64,000 nucleotides of DNA, taken from NCBI GenBank assembly GCA_051532055.1, contig JAOPTX010000008.1, forward strand, positions 92,346-156,345. Direction: 5' to 3'. The notes under the pieces were generated by a model that was given only the letters and a program-made list of their open reading frames with translations, had not been told where the DNA came from and made no database searches. Source of the DNA: Fibrobacterales bacterium. GTDB lineage: Bacteria > Fibrobacterota > Fibrobacteria > Fibrobacterales > JAOPTW01. Shown here piece after piece: positions 30,604-39,380 of the stretch. The position numbers and the translations under genes were made by a program. How positions within the stretch are numbered: position 1 is the stretch's first letter; each line of letters begins with the position of its first letter.

Positions 30604-30832
30604 CGGCACTGACTAAAAATCTGTTCAGCCCGAGACGCTTGTATTGGATGAAGATCGTGCAAGGCGAAGCCAATGCGAGAGACGCAAGAGAAGCGAACAA
30701 AGCAAATCCGACCAAACCGACCAGAACTCCTTGAGGCAGAGAGTCGTTAGATGTGAGGCATTGAAGGCAACTGCGTACACATGATACGCTGAGGCCTCAA
30801 TAACGAAGCAGATGACTGATCTTTGCCCCAAG
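30604..30832. repeat. Structured intergenic element: two related hairpin units, the second with imperfect terminal inverted repeats (REP/MITE-like)
   Basis: Unit 1 TGCAAGGC..TGCG-AGAGA-CGCA..AACAAAGCAAAT; unit 2 TGTGAGGC..GCGTA-CACATGA-TACGC..AACGAAGCAGAT; flanks CTTGAGGCAGAG / CTTTGCCCCAAG; visibly more GC-rich than the flanks. Confidence 0.5.
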
Positions 30833-30835
30833 AAT

Positions 30836-31681
30836 CTATTGAAAGCTTTTTAAGAGTTCAATCTCCTCAGCCCAAATTTCTTCATCAATAGTTTCGAGCA
30901 CTAGAGGAATGCCATCAAAACGCTTATCCTTCATTACATATCGAAACACATCAAGCCCAAGGTTACCTTGTTCAAGACTATGGTGCCTATCCACTCGTGA
31001 CCCAAACTCTGTTTTAGATCCATTAATATGCATACCTTTCAAATACTGAAAGCCAACAATACGATCAAATTCAGACCAAAAATGCTCATTATCCTCTGGT
31101 GTTCTCAAATCATATCCCGAAACAAAGGTATGACAGGTATCTATGCAAACACCAATACGGCTTTTATCATCCACAAGCTCAATAATCCGGGCGAGATGCT
31201 CTAGTTTATACCCTAGGTTGCTCCCTTGCCCTGCTGTGTTTTCAATGACACCTATAATGGTAGGTTCTGCTGCAAAAGCAGTATTGAGTGATGTTGCTAT
31301 AAACCTTAAGCACTCATCCTCAGTAATTTCTTTTAAATGGGACCCTGGATGAAAATTGAGATATACTAAACCTAACTGGTTACAGCGTTCCAGTTCATGG
31401 ATAAATGAATGTAAAGATTTTTCTCGTTTTTCAGGGTCGGGATGTCCAAGATTAATAAGATAACTATCATGGGGAAGAATAGCTTCAGGAGGATAACCCA
31501 ACTTTTTGCAATTTGCTTTGAAATTGATAATATTTTCTTCTGTTAAGGGCTTTGCCTTCCATTGACGTTGATTTTTAGTAAATAAGGCAAATCCAGATGC
31601 GCCAATTTTAGATGCATTAATAGGCGCATTCTCAACACCTCCAGCCGCTGATACATGGGCTCCAATATATTTCATTTTCAA
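30836..31681 (-). CDS. nfo: Endonuclease IV
   Basis: [40 protein letters not shown]; start may be ATG 31675. Confidence 0.96.
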   Translation of the reverse strand: MKMKYIGAHVSAAGGVENAPINASKIGASGFALFTKNQRQWKAKPLTEENIINFKANCKKLGYPPEAILPHDSYLINLGHPDPEKREKSLHSFIHELERCNQLGLVYLNFHPGSHLKEITEDECLRFIATSLNTAFAAEPTIIGVIENTAGQGSNLGYKLEHLARIIELVDDKSRIGVCIDTCHTFVSGYDLRTPEDNEHFWSEFDRIVGFQYLKGMHINGSKTEFGSRVDRHHSLEQGNLGLDVFRYVMKDKRFDGIPLVLETIDEEIWAEEIELLKSFQ

Positions 31682-31925
31682 TCCAAGTCAAATTTTAGTG
31701 TTAAAATAGCTTTTAGAAGTTGGATGTAAACCACTTGTCTAAATACATAAACAAATCAAATCAGATATGATAGAACTGTAATGTTTTAACGGTTCCCGCA
31801 TGCACCTCATTACTGTTCATACAATGTTTATGTGTAATTTACATTTAGGTGCCGACCAACCCATTTATCAACAAAATTTCAGCCTGCGTGATGTATATTT
31901 ATGATACACAACACCAGAGGTAAGA

Positions 31926-33287
31926 ATGAGTTTTAAAAAAGATTTTGTTTGGGGGGCTGCTACTGCAGCGTATCAGATTGAAGGGAGTCACGATATCGAT
32001 GGCAAGGGTCCCTCAGTCTGGGACACCTTTAGTGCTCTTTCGGGAAACACCTATAATGGTGACACCGGTAACGTTGCCTGTGACTTTTACAATCGATATA
32101 CCGACGATATTAAGCTAATGAAAGTCATCGGTCTCGACGCATTCCGACTCTCAATTGCATGGACTCGGCTACTCCCTGATGGTATTGACCATGTTAATCA
32201 AAAAGGCATTGACTTCTATAATAGACTTTTTGATACCCTCCTTGAAAACGATATCACCCCTTACCCAACACTATTTCACTGGGATTACCCCCAAGGCCTC
32301 TACACAAAAGGTGGCTGGCTCAATCCCGACGCCCCTAAATGGTTTGCCGAGTATGCAGATCTCGTTGCTTCGAAATTTTCAGACAGAATATCCAACTGGA
32401 TGACCATCAATGAGCCACAAGTATTTATTAATATTGGGCATGGTCATGACCCCTGGAAAACTCATGCTCCTGGATCAAAACTCCCCTTTAAAGATCTTGC
32501 ACAAATTGCCCACAATGTTATGGTTTCTCATGGACAATCAGTCTCGGCATTACGCGCCCATGGAACGAGTGATACTAAAATAGGTATCGCACCAGTGATC
32601 ACCCCTACTCTTCCTGTAGACTCAAGTGAAGAAGCATACACCAATGCATACAATGATTATATGACTACCTCGACTCGAGAACTATGGAGTCCTGGTTTCT
32701 ATTTAGACCCTATCTATTTCGGCAAATACCATGAAGCTACGATAGAAGCGTTTGGAAGTGATATGCCTATTATTCAACAGGGAGATATGGAGCTTATTAA
32801 CCAGCCAATTGACTTCATTGGAGCCAACACCTACTTTGGCATTAAAAAAGATTTTCAAGATGGACGCCTAATCAAAGAGAGTCCTAAGGAGCCCGGAGCG
32901 CCAACTACTGCTTTTGGCTGGCCTATTTGTGACGACGCCCTTTATTATGGGACCAAGTTTCTAAAGGACCGCTACGACCCAGAAATTTTTATTACGGAAA
33001 ATGGAATGGCCAATAAAGATTGGATCTCACTTGATGGTAAGTGTCATGATCCTCAGCGAATTGACTTTCTTCACCGCTATATGAGTGGCCTTAAAAAAGC
33101 CGCCAGTGAGGGAGTAAATATTAGCGGTTATTTTCTCTGGTCACTTCTGGATAATTTTGAATGGGAGGATGGATACCTACAACGATTTGGCATCATACAT
33201 GTCGATTATAGCACTCAAAAGAGAACACTAAAAGACTCAGCTTATTGGTATCATGATATCATAGAGAGCAATGGTGATTTGTTATAA
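31926..33287 (+). CDS. Glycoside hydrolase family 1 beta-glucosidase (cytoplasmic)
   Basis: WGAATAAYQIEG, TLFHWD, TINEP (acid/base), ITENG (nucleophile), WSLLDNFEW; no signal peptide. Confidence 0.95.
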   Translation: MSFKKDFVWGAATAAYQIEGSHDIDGKGPSVWDTFSALSGNTYNGDTGNVACDFYNRYTDDIKLMKVIGLDAFRLSIAWTRLLPDGIDHVNQKGIDFYNRLFDTLLENDITPYPTLFHWDYPQGLYTKGGWLNPDAPKWFAEYADLVASKFSDRISNWMTINEPQVFINIGHGHDPWKTHAPGSKLPFKDLAQIAHNVMVSHGQSVSALRAHGTSDTKIGIAPVITPTLPVDSSEEAYTNAYNDYMTTSTRELWSPGFYLDPIYFGKYHEATIEAFGSDMPIIQQGDMELINQPIDFIGANTYFGIKKDFQDGRLIKESPKEPGAPTTAFGWPICDDALYYGTKFLKDRYDPEIFITENGMANKDWISLDGKCHDPQRIDFLHRYMSGLKKAASEGVNISGYFLWSLLDNFEWEDGYLQRFGIIHVDYSTQKRTLKDSAYWYHDIIESNGDLL

Positions 33288-33344
33288 TACATAGCATTAC
33301 ATAGATAAGAGTTCTAGAAGTGTTTTTGCATTTGTAGAACTCGA

Positions 33345-35273
33345 TTATGAATACATTGTTTTAGGGCCGCTCCGTACAATGGGGAGTTCAATGCGAAAGG
33401 TAGATCCTCTCCCCAATCCTTTACTAGTAACTTGTAGGGTTCCCTTCATATCTTCCATGTAGTTTTTTGATGAGTAAAGTCCATACCCATGACCATCTCG
33501 TTTAGTAGTAAACCCTTTGGTAAACATATTCTCAAGATTATCAGAACTGATACCACACCCGGCATCCTGTACAGCAAGACAGATTACTTCTCTATTACAT
33601 TCTGTGGAGAGTCGAATAACACGATCATCTTCGGGCGTTTCATTCAAGGCTTCTTTTGCATTCTTAAACATATTTATCAAAACATGCATCACTTTTATTT
33701 TATCTCCAAATACCATCTCATTATTTCGATAATCTTTCTCAATAATTAATTGATGTTGAAAAATAGAGTTTTCTTGCATTACCACCACATCATCAAGAAC
33801 CTCTTCAAGATAAAAGTGTTCAAAACCCGATGAGTTAGTATACCCTTGCTGAGCATAGGTAATATTCTCAATAGCTTGCACTTTTGCTAGTACTTGATCG
33901 ATCTCTTTCCGAGTCACCTTTACTTCATCTTTTAAATTTTCCTCGATCACGAGATAATACTCCATTAGCTTTTTTCCACGAGGATCTTCTGAAACAAACA
34001 GTTCAATGGTATCCATATTATCACGAAGCATAGTATTAGCTAATTTAAGACCTTCAACAGCAGTCCCAGTTAGAATATCGCCTGACCGCTCTGCAGAAAT
34101 TTTAAGACTATTTAAAAGGTTTTTTACATTGTGTAAAGTCATAGAAGTCAGGTCGGCAATTTCTTGTTTATACTCATTTTCTACCAATGTTTTTTCAGCC
34201 TGATTCAATTCTCTTGTAGTAACCGATACCTTCTCTTTTAATTGGAGATTAAGTTTTTCTATCTCTTTTTCATTTTCCTTAACACGAGTAATATCACTAA
34301 AGAGAATGATCTTACCAACGTTTATCTTAGCTTGAAACATATTTTTTTGAGTAACTAAAAATGTTTGTACATCATCTCCTTTTCCAATCACAACCTCTTC
34401 GCCACTAAAGTTCATTTCAAAGCTATAGTGTGTGGGTAAAATATCACTCATAGTTTTACCCAATAGGTCTTCAAGCTTTTTACCCAAGGCAGATAATAGA
34501 TACTGATTTGTCTCTATTATAATGCCCTTAGTATCTAATATTATCACCCCTTCATCGAGCTGTTTGAAAATCGCACGCGCACTATTTTTCACATCAACCG
34601 TTAGGAAATTAAAACGAGCAATCGCAATAAATATACTCAGGGGAAGAAAGACCGAAAGCGTTGAACCCATTTGAGGAATCCAATTTATCTCTAAAATATT
34701 AGAGAGCAATACATTAAAAATAAGTATAAGTGCAAGCCCTATCCCTACCAGGGTCAACAAAAGAAATGATAACTTTTTTCTATTATCATCAGTGTCATGC
34801 CTAAACCTATCATACAACAACCAGAGCATATATCCCCCAGGAACAGAAGAGGTTATGAATAAGACTGGTAAGTACAGCGGTCCAGTTGAAGGCCGATACC
34901 CCCAACTTTCTTGGATAGCATGATCAACGATAAGATTAGTTGACACCCCAAGGGTGGTGACAATAGCAACGAGAACAAATGATACATTGAGAAATCTATC
35001 ACGAGGTTTTTCTAGAAAAACATAGACAAAGTTTAACAGTGCTACAGTAGCTGGAACCCAAAATATTGTGGTAAAATGAACAATGAAATGACTCAAAATA
35101 AAATTATTAAAATGCCAACCAATGAAATCACACAACTGCCAACCAGTCAAAAAAACAAGTGCAATAAGGAATGCTCTATTCACAGCACTTTTACGATCCA
35201 TTGCAATAACAAATCCAAAAAGGAACACGCTAATTAACAACGCACCTAACGGAAATAACTCATAGTAAAACAA
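33345..35273 (-). CDS. Membrane sensor histidine kinase (7TM N-terminus, PAS, HATPase)
   Basis: About 7 hydrophobic segments, PAS-like EGVIILDTKG, H-box LHNVKNLL, NMFKNA, DAGCGI, GFTTK, GHGYGL. Confidence 0.9.
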   Translation of the reverse strand: MFYYELFPLGALLISVFLFGFVIAMDRKSAVNRAFLIALVFLTGWQLCDFIGWHFNNFILSHFIVHFTTIFWVPATVALLNFVYVFLEKPRDRFLNVSFVLVAIVTTLGVSTNLIVDHAIQESWGYRPSTGPLYLPVLFITSSVPGGYMLWLLYDRFRHDTDDNRKKLSFLLLTLVGIGLALILIFNVLLSNILEINWIPQMGSTLSVFLPLSIFIAIARFNFLTVDVKNSARAIFKQLDEGVIILDTKGIIIETNQYLLSALGKKLEDLLGKTMSDILPTHYSFEMNFSGEEVVIGKGDDVQTFLVTQKNMFQAKINVGKIILFSDITRVKENEKEIEKLNLQLKEKVSVTTRELNQAEKTLVENEYKQEIADLTSMTLHNVKNLLNSLKISAERSGDILTGTAVEGLKLANTMLRDNMDTIELFVSEDPRGKKLMEYYLVIEENLKDEVKVTRKEIDQVLAKVQAIENITYAQQGYTNSSGFEHFYLEEVLDDVVVMQENSIFQHQLIIEKDYRNNEMVFGDKIKVMHVLINMFKNAKEALNETPEDDRVIRLSTECNREVICLAVQDAGCGISSDNLENMFTKGFTTKRDGHGYGLYSSKNYMEDMKGTLQVTSKGLGRGSTFRIELPIVRSGPKTMYS

Positions 35274-35329
35274 AAACTACCCTAAATGACTCTTTTGATT
35301 CTATTATACCGAAATTAAGGGTAAAATGC

Positions 35330-35362
35330 AAAAAAGAGTTCTACCCAGTGGGAAAACTCTTT
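35330..35362 (-). terminator. Intrinsic terminator after leuA
   Basis: Minus strand AAAGAGTTTTCCC-ACT-GGGTAGAACTC followed by T6. Confidence 0.65.
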
Positions 35363-35391
35363 ATAATTTTGATCAAAATTTGATTAAATCA

Positions 35392-36939
35392 CTATTTAAA
35401 CATAAGATTAACACCCGTAAAAATAGCTTTCATATTCGCTATCAATGTATCATTATGGACTCCCCTCCCCATAACCTGTTCTGCCTGATCACTACCATGA
35501 CGCTTCAGTTTTATCTCAGAAAGTGCCCGTCCTGACCATTCATCATCACATTTTGCTACCACAGACTGCTTATACGAAACAAGGTCAATTTCAAATCCTT
35601 CTTCTCGTAACAAACGAATACAGGCCTCGATAGGCCCTTCTGCTGAGACAGATTTTTCGCGCTTCTCTCCATCAAACTTATAACTAAACACAAAAACATT
35701 TTCATCGCGAATACCATTGACACTTGAAAAAACGACTTTGCCGTTAATATTTATCATTTCTGATTTAAAGATTTCGAGTACTCGTTCTTCATCAAGCTCT
35801 CCTTCTTTTTCAGAAATAGACTTGAGAATTGGCTGCAAATGCATTGCTTCATCAAGAGAAATCACATAACCCATCTGTCCAACCATCTCATAAACCGCTG
35901 TTCGACCTGATTGACTTGTAAAGGTAATTACATCATTATCAGTCCGACCAATCTCATTGAAATCGATAGGACGATATGCTCCTTTACTCATCCCTTTAGT
36001 TTTTGTAGCGCCATCTTGATGTATCCCTGAGCGGTGAGCAATTGCCTCAGGCCCAATAAGAGGTGCCTTTTCCGGAATAGGCATATCAGCCCAGTCAGCC
36101 ATAAGAACCGCTGTTTCATATATATGTTCAAGATTAAGCGGCATCAAACCACCTGAATTTTTTATGGCAATTGCGACTTCGTACATATTTGTATTGCCCG
36201 AGCGCTCACCAAGACCGTTCAATGTTGTTTCCAACTGTACCGCTCCTGCAAAATGAGACTCAACAGTTGTAGCAGTAGCCATACCAAGGTCATTATGATT
36301 GTGTACTGAAACAACTGCTCTACCACCTATAGCCTCGACAACCTGCTCCACCATATCAACAAATACCATTGGACGATACCGCTCCACAGTATTCGGAAGA
36401 TTAACCACAGAAGCCCCAGCATCAACAACAGCGATACACACTTCAATCACAAAATCCATGTTTTCTATACAATCGCCAAAGTGCTCACAAGAAAACTGCA
36501 CCTCTCCTTTTCCGCCCATAATTTTTTTAGCGAAACTCACTGCACTTACTGCAATGTCTTTTACTTTCTCCGGCTCCATTTTAAGCACATTTTTCATATT
36601 AAAAGGGCTCGTAGCTATAAAGGTATGAATACGAGGTTTGTCAGCGTGCTGAATTGCATCCCACACTTTTTGTATGTCGCGCTCTACAGCGCGTGCGAGA
36701 CCAGAAATCACAACATTACTTGGGGCCAATTTAGCCAAATGCTCACATGCAGCGAAATCCATATCACTTGCACCAGCAAAACCAACTTCTATACCTTGTA
36801 CACCTAATTTAAGCAGCTGATTAAACACCTTCTCTTTTTCTTGAAGATTCCATGGACGCGCAAGGGCTTGATTGCCATCTCTCAGTGTTACATCGTAGAA
36901 GAATGGTGCATTACCATGATAAGTTTGCTGCTGTTTCAT
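35392..36939 (-). CDS. leuA: 2-isopropylmalate synthase
   Basis: DVTLRDGNQ, IEVGF, HNHNDLG, NGLGERSGN, HRSGIHQDG; Leu-rich leader upstream. Confidence 0.93.
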   Translation of the reverse strand: MKQQQTYHGNAPFFYDVTLRDGNQALARPWNLQEKEKVFNQLLKLGVQGIEVGFAGASDMDFAACEHLAKLAPSNVVISGLARAVERDIQKVWDAIQHADKPRIHTFIATSPFNMKNVLKMEPEKVKDIAVSAVSFAKKIMGGKGEVQFSCEHFGDCIENMDFVIEVCIAVVDAGASVVNLPNTVERYRPMVFVDMVEQVVEAIGGRAVVSVHNHNDLGMATATTVESHFAGAVQLETTLNGLGERSGNTNMYEVAIAIKNSGGLMPLNLEHIYETAVLMADWADMPIPEKAPLIGPEAIAHRSGIHQDGATKTKGMSKGAYRPIDFNEIGRTDNDVITFTSQSGRTAVYEMVGQMGYVISLDEAMHLQPILKSISEKEGELDEERVLEIFKSEMININGKVVFSSVNGIRDENVFVFSYKFDGEKREKSVSAEGPIEACIRLLREEGFEIDLVSYKQSVVAKCDDEWSGRALSEIKLKRHGSDQAEQVMGRGVHNDTLIANMKAIFTGVNLMFK

Positions 36940-37038
36940 CTGTATACCTGTTATCCTTTTCTGTTTTTAAATGTAGTTAATTACCCTTTCCACTCAAATT
37001 ATTTTGGGCCTACATTCTCGAAGGTTATTCGAGTACAT

Positions 37039-37073
37039 AAAAAAAGCCCACTCTTGCGGAGTAGGCTTTTTTT
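37039..37073 (-). terminator. Attenuator terminator of the leuA leader
   Basis: GCCTACTC-CGCAA-GAGTGGGC-TTTTTTT between the leader ORF and leuA. Confidence 0.88.
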
Positions 37074-37098
37074 AATGAACAAATTCAAAAAAACACCA

Positions 37099-37155
37099 CT
37101 ACCGCTGATAGTCGTTTCTTAGGAGGAGTAGAAGAATGTTGATTTGTCTATTCAT
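37099..37155 (-). CDS. leuL: leu leader peptide MNRQINILLLLLRNDYQR
   Basis: 18 codons with five consecutive Leu codons (CTT CTA CTC CTC CTA), directly upstream of a terminator and leuA. Confidence 0.88.
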   Translation of the reverse strand: MNRQINILLLLLRNDYQR

Positions 37156-37162
37156 AATTTTA

Positions 37163-37191
37163 AATATACGACAAAAAAAAGGCCATGTCAA
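37163..37191 (-). promoter_or_regulatory. sigma70-type promoter of the leu leader
   Basis: TTGACA (37191-37186), 17-bp spacer, TATATT (37168-37163). Confidence 0.8.
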
Positions 37192-37284
37192 TAGAAGATA
37201 GAGCGAGAGCTGACCAGAATACAGAAGTTTACAATATTGACTTTACCAAAGTAACACCCTACCAGGATAAAAAGGACACCTCAT

Positions 37285-37377
37285 TTACGCTATCTCAGCA
37301 ATTCCCTGTTCACCTGCTCTAATACGAATACACCCGTCGAGTAACCAAATAAATATTTTACCACTATCAATAGACAC
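37285..37377 (-). pseudogene. Remnant of a second P-II gene (C-terminal 30 codons)
   Basis: VSIDSGKIFIWLLDGCIRIRAGEQGIAEIA* aligns without gaps to the adjacent P-II tail KIGDGKIIVRTIDQCIRIRTGEEGENAVG* (13/29 identical, same stop position). Confidence 0.75.
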
Positions 37378-37378
37378 G

Positions 37379-37408
37379 AAAAAACCCTGGATTATTCAAC
37401 CCAAGGTT
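37379..37408 (-). terminator. Intrinsic terminator after amtB and P-II
   Basis: Minus strand AACCTTGG-loop-CCAGGG followed by T6. Confidence 0.7.
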
Positions 37409-37525
37409 CTCCTCTTTCATCTGTGTTAATACCTTACCTCTAGAACAAGACTTCAACTCTTGTATCTTTAAGAGAGAATCCGAATTCTTTTAGTGCCTGC
37501 CCCCATAAGAATTCGAAATCAGTAT

Positions 37526-37867
37526 TTATCCGACAGCGTTCTCACCTTCTTCACCAGTTCTTATCCTGATACATTGATCAATTGTGCGAACAATAATTTT
37601 ACCATCTCCAATTTTTCCGGTTCTGGCAGCCTTTACGATTGTTTGAACTGCTTTATCGACATACTCGTTATTGAGGAAAATCTCTATTTTAACTTTTTTA
37701 ATAAGATTTACTTCTTCAACCGTACCACGATAAGTCTCAGTCCACCCCCCTTGTTGACCGCACCCAGATACTGGGCTTACGGTCATTTTTGCGATTCCTG
37801 CTTCAGCCAAAGCATCTTTAACTTCAGACAGTTTTTCAGGTTGTATAATTGCTGTAAGTAATTTCAT
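37526..37867 (-). CDS. glnK: Nitrogen regulatory protein P-II (amtB-linked)
   Basis: P-II signature TGKIGDGKI, IRIRTGE, T-loop YRG; directly follows amtB. Confidence 0.93.
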   Translation of the reverse strand: MKLLTAIIQPEKLSEVKDALAEAGIAKMTVSPVSGCGQQGGWTETYRGTVEEVNLIKKVKIEIFLNNEYVDKAVQTIVKAARTGKIGDGKIIVRTIDQCIRIRTGEEGENAVG

Positions 37868-37906
37868 ATATTTTATTCCTTAATTAAATTCTTCTTAAAA
37901 CTCTGA

Positions 37907-39220
37907 TTAATCTACATACTGAATGCCGTGATACGCTTCTTCACCGTGCTCGCATATATCGAGACCTTTGCGCTCTTCTTCTTCAGAAACTCTCATAATA
38001 TCGAGCTTTTTAAGTACAAGGAAAAGGACAAACATTGCTGCAAATGCCCATGCTGAAATCACTACTGAACCAATTAACTGTACACTAAAGCTTGCACCTG
38101 TTCCAAAGATCCCAGTTGCTACTCCACCCCAGAATCCACAGAGACCATGTACAGGAAATGCCCCAACCGGATCATCAATTTTAAGTTTGTCAAGTAAACG
38201 AATACCTCCAATCACAAGAACACCAGCAACCAAACCAATAATGATTGACTCACCATTTGTTACGACATCACAGTTTGCTGTGATACCTACAAGTCCCGCA
38301 AGAAGTCCATTCAGCGCTAATGAAATTTCTGGTTTTTTGAATAAAATCCATGACAAAGCCATTGCTGAAAATGCACCCGCAGCAGCTGCCAGTAATGTGT
38401 TTACTGCAATCAGCGCTACTGCATTAACATTATCAGAACCAGCAAGAGCTAGTTGTGAACCAGGGTTAAATCCGAACCAACCAACAAGAAGTATAAATAC
38501 CCCGAGTGATGCGAGTGTTAGATTATGACCAGGCATTGCTTTAGATTTACCCTTTACGAATCGACCTATACGTGGACCAAGTACAATGGCCGCTGCAAGT
38601 CCAGCAAATCCACCAACCGCGTGAACAACTAGTGAACCAGCAAAATCCATGAAACCCATAGCATCTAACCAGCCACCACCCCATTTCCAGTATCCTGATA
38701 CGGGATAAATAAATGCAGTTAGAATTGCACTATAAATTAGGTATGCCGAAAATTTAAGACGCCCCGCTACTGCACCAGAAACAATTGTTGCCGCTGTAGC
38801 CGCAAAAACCGCCTGGAAGAAAAAGTCGATTTGACCATGGAGTACGCCACCACCAATTTTGTCTGGCCCGTCCATACTAATTCCAAATCCACCGAAGCCC
38901 ATAAATCCTCCAAGAACAGAATCACCATACATTATTCCGTACCCGATGACATAAAAGAGCATTACACCAATAGACATGTCCATTAAATTCTTGAAAAGAA
39001 TATTAACGGTATTTTTTGAAGAATTAAAACCTGCCTCGACCATAGCAAACCCTGCCTGCATAAATAGCACAAGCACCGCTGCGAGGAAGAGAAAAAGGTT
39101 ATCGATTGCATAATATGCTTCATTCTGAACTGACGCCAAGTCTGTATCTGACGCGAAAATCGGAGTCATTAGCACTGATATCGCTAATAAAGCCTTGATC
39201 ATTAAGAGGGTTGTTTTCAT
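37907..39220 (-). CDS. amtB: Ammonium transporter
   Basis: FMQAGFAMVEAG, FAATAATIVSGAVA, DFAGSLVVH, GWFGFNPGS, DDPVGAFPVHG. Confidence 0.97.
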   Translation of the reverse strand: MKTTLLMIKALLAISVLMTPIFASDTDLASVQNEAYYAIDNLFLFLAAVLVLFMQAGFAMVEAGFNSSKNTVNILFKNLMDMSIGVMLFYVIGYGIMYGDSVLGGFMGFGGFGISMDGPDKIGGGVLHGQIDFFFQAVFAATAATIVSGAVAGRLKFSAYLIYSAILTAFIYPVSGYWKWGGGWLDAMGFMDFAGSLVVHAVGGFAGLAAAIVLGPRIGRFVKGKSKAMPGHNLTLASLGVFILLVGWFGFNPGSQLALAGSDNVNAVALIAVNTLLAAAAGAFSAMALSWILFKKPEISLALNGLLAGLVGITANCDVVTNGESIIIGLVAGVLVIGGIRLLDKLKIDDPVGAFPVHGLCGFWGGVATGIFGTGASFSVQLIGSVVISAWAFAAMFVLFLVLKKLDIMRVSEEEERKGLDICEHGEEAYHGIQYVD

Positions 39221-39254
39221 TTATCATCCTTTTTTTAACACTGATTTACCTATA

Positions 39255-39271
39255 AGCAAAAAGGATGCCAA
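39255..39271 (-). promoter_or_regulatory. sigma54 (-24/-12) promoter of amtB and P-II
   Basis: TTGGCATCCTTTTTGCT gives exact GG-N10-GC spacing, 35 bp upstream of the amtB ATG. Confidence 0.85.
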
Positions 39272-39334
39272 AACGACATATTGGTAATTACAGCCAAAAA
39301 GGCAACAAAAAAGAAAATACTTTTATTTTCGACA

Positions 39335-39373
39335 ACATTTTTGTATATTGACCATATATTAAAACAAAAATGT
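39335..39373. promoter_or_regulatory. Paired ACA-N4-TGT boxes (putative activator binding sites)
   Basis: ACATTTTTGT (39335-39344) and ACAAAAATGT (39364-39373) are reverse complements of each other, 65-100 bp upstream of the -24 box. Confidence 0.65.
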
Positions 39374-39380
39374 AGCTAAT

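Noticed and set aside
30375..30831. Small ORFs 30375..30566 (+) and 30625..30831 (-)
   Set aside because: No SD or motifs; the second coincides with the structured repeat and is better explained as non-coding.
31682..31925. Palindrome TGTAATTTACA upstream of the GH1 gene as a sugar-regulator operator
   Set aside because: A single short AT-rich palindrome with no regulator gene nearby.
33307..35343. 10-bp direct repeat AAGAGTTCTA flanking the 7TM kinase gene
   Set aside because: Short, AT-rich and part of terminator-like hairpins; no mobility gene supports a target-site duplication.
24961..38528. Long antisense ORFs (24961..25518 and 37968..38528)
   Set aside because: They lie opposite purL and amtB and have no independent coding signals.
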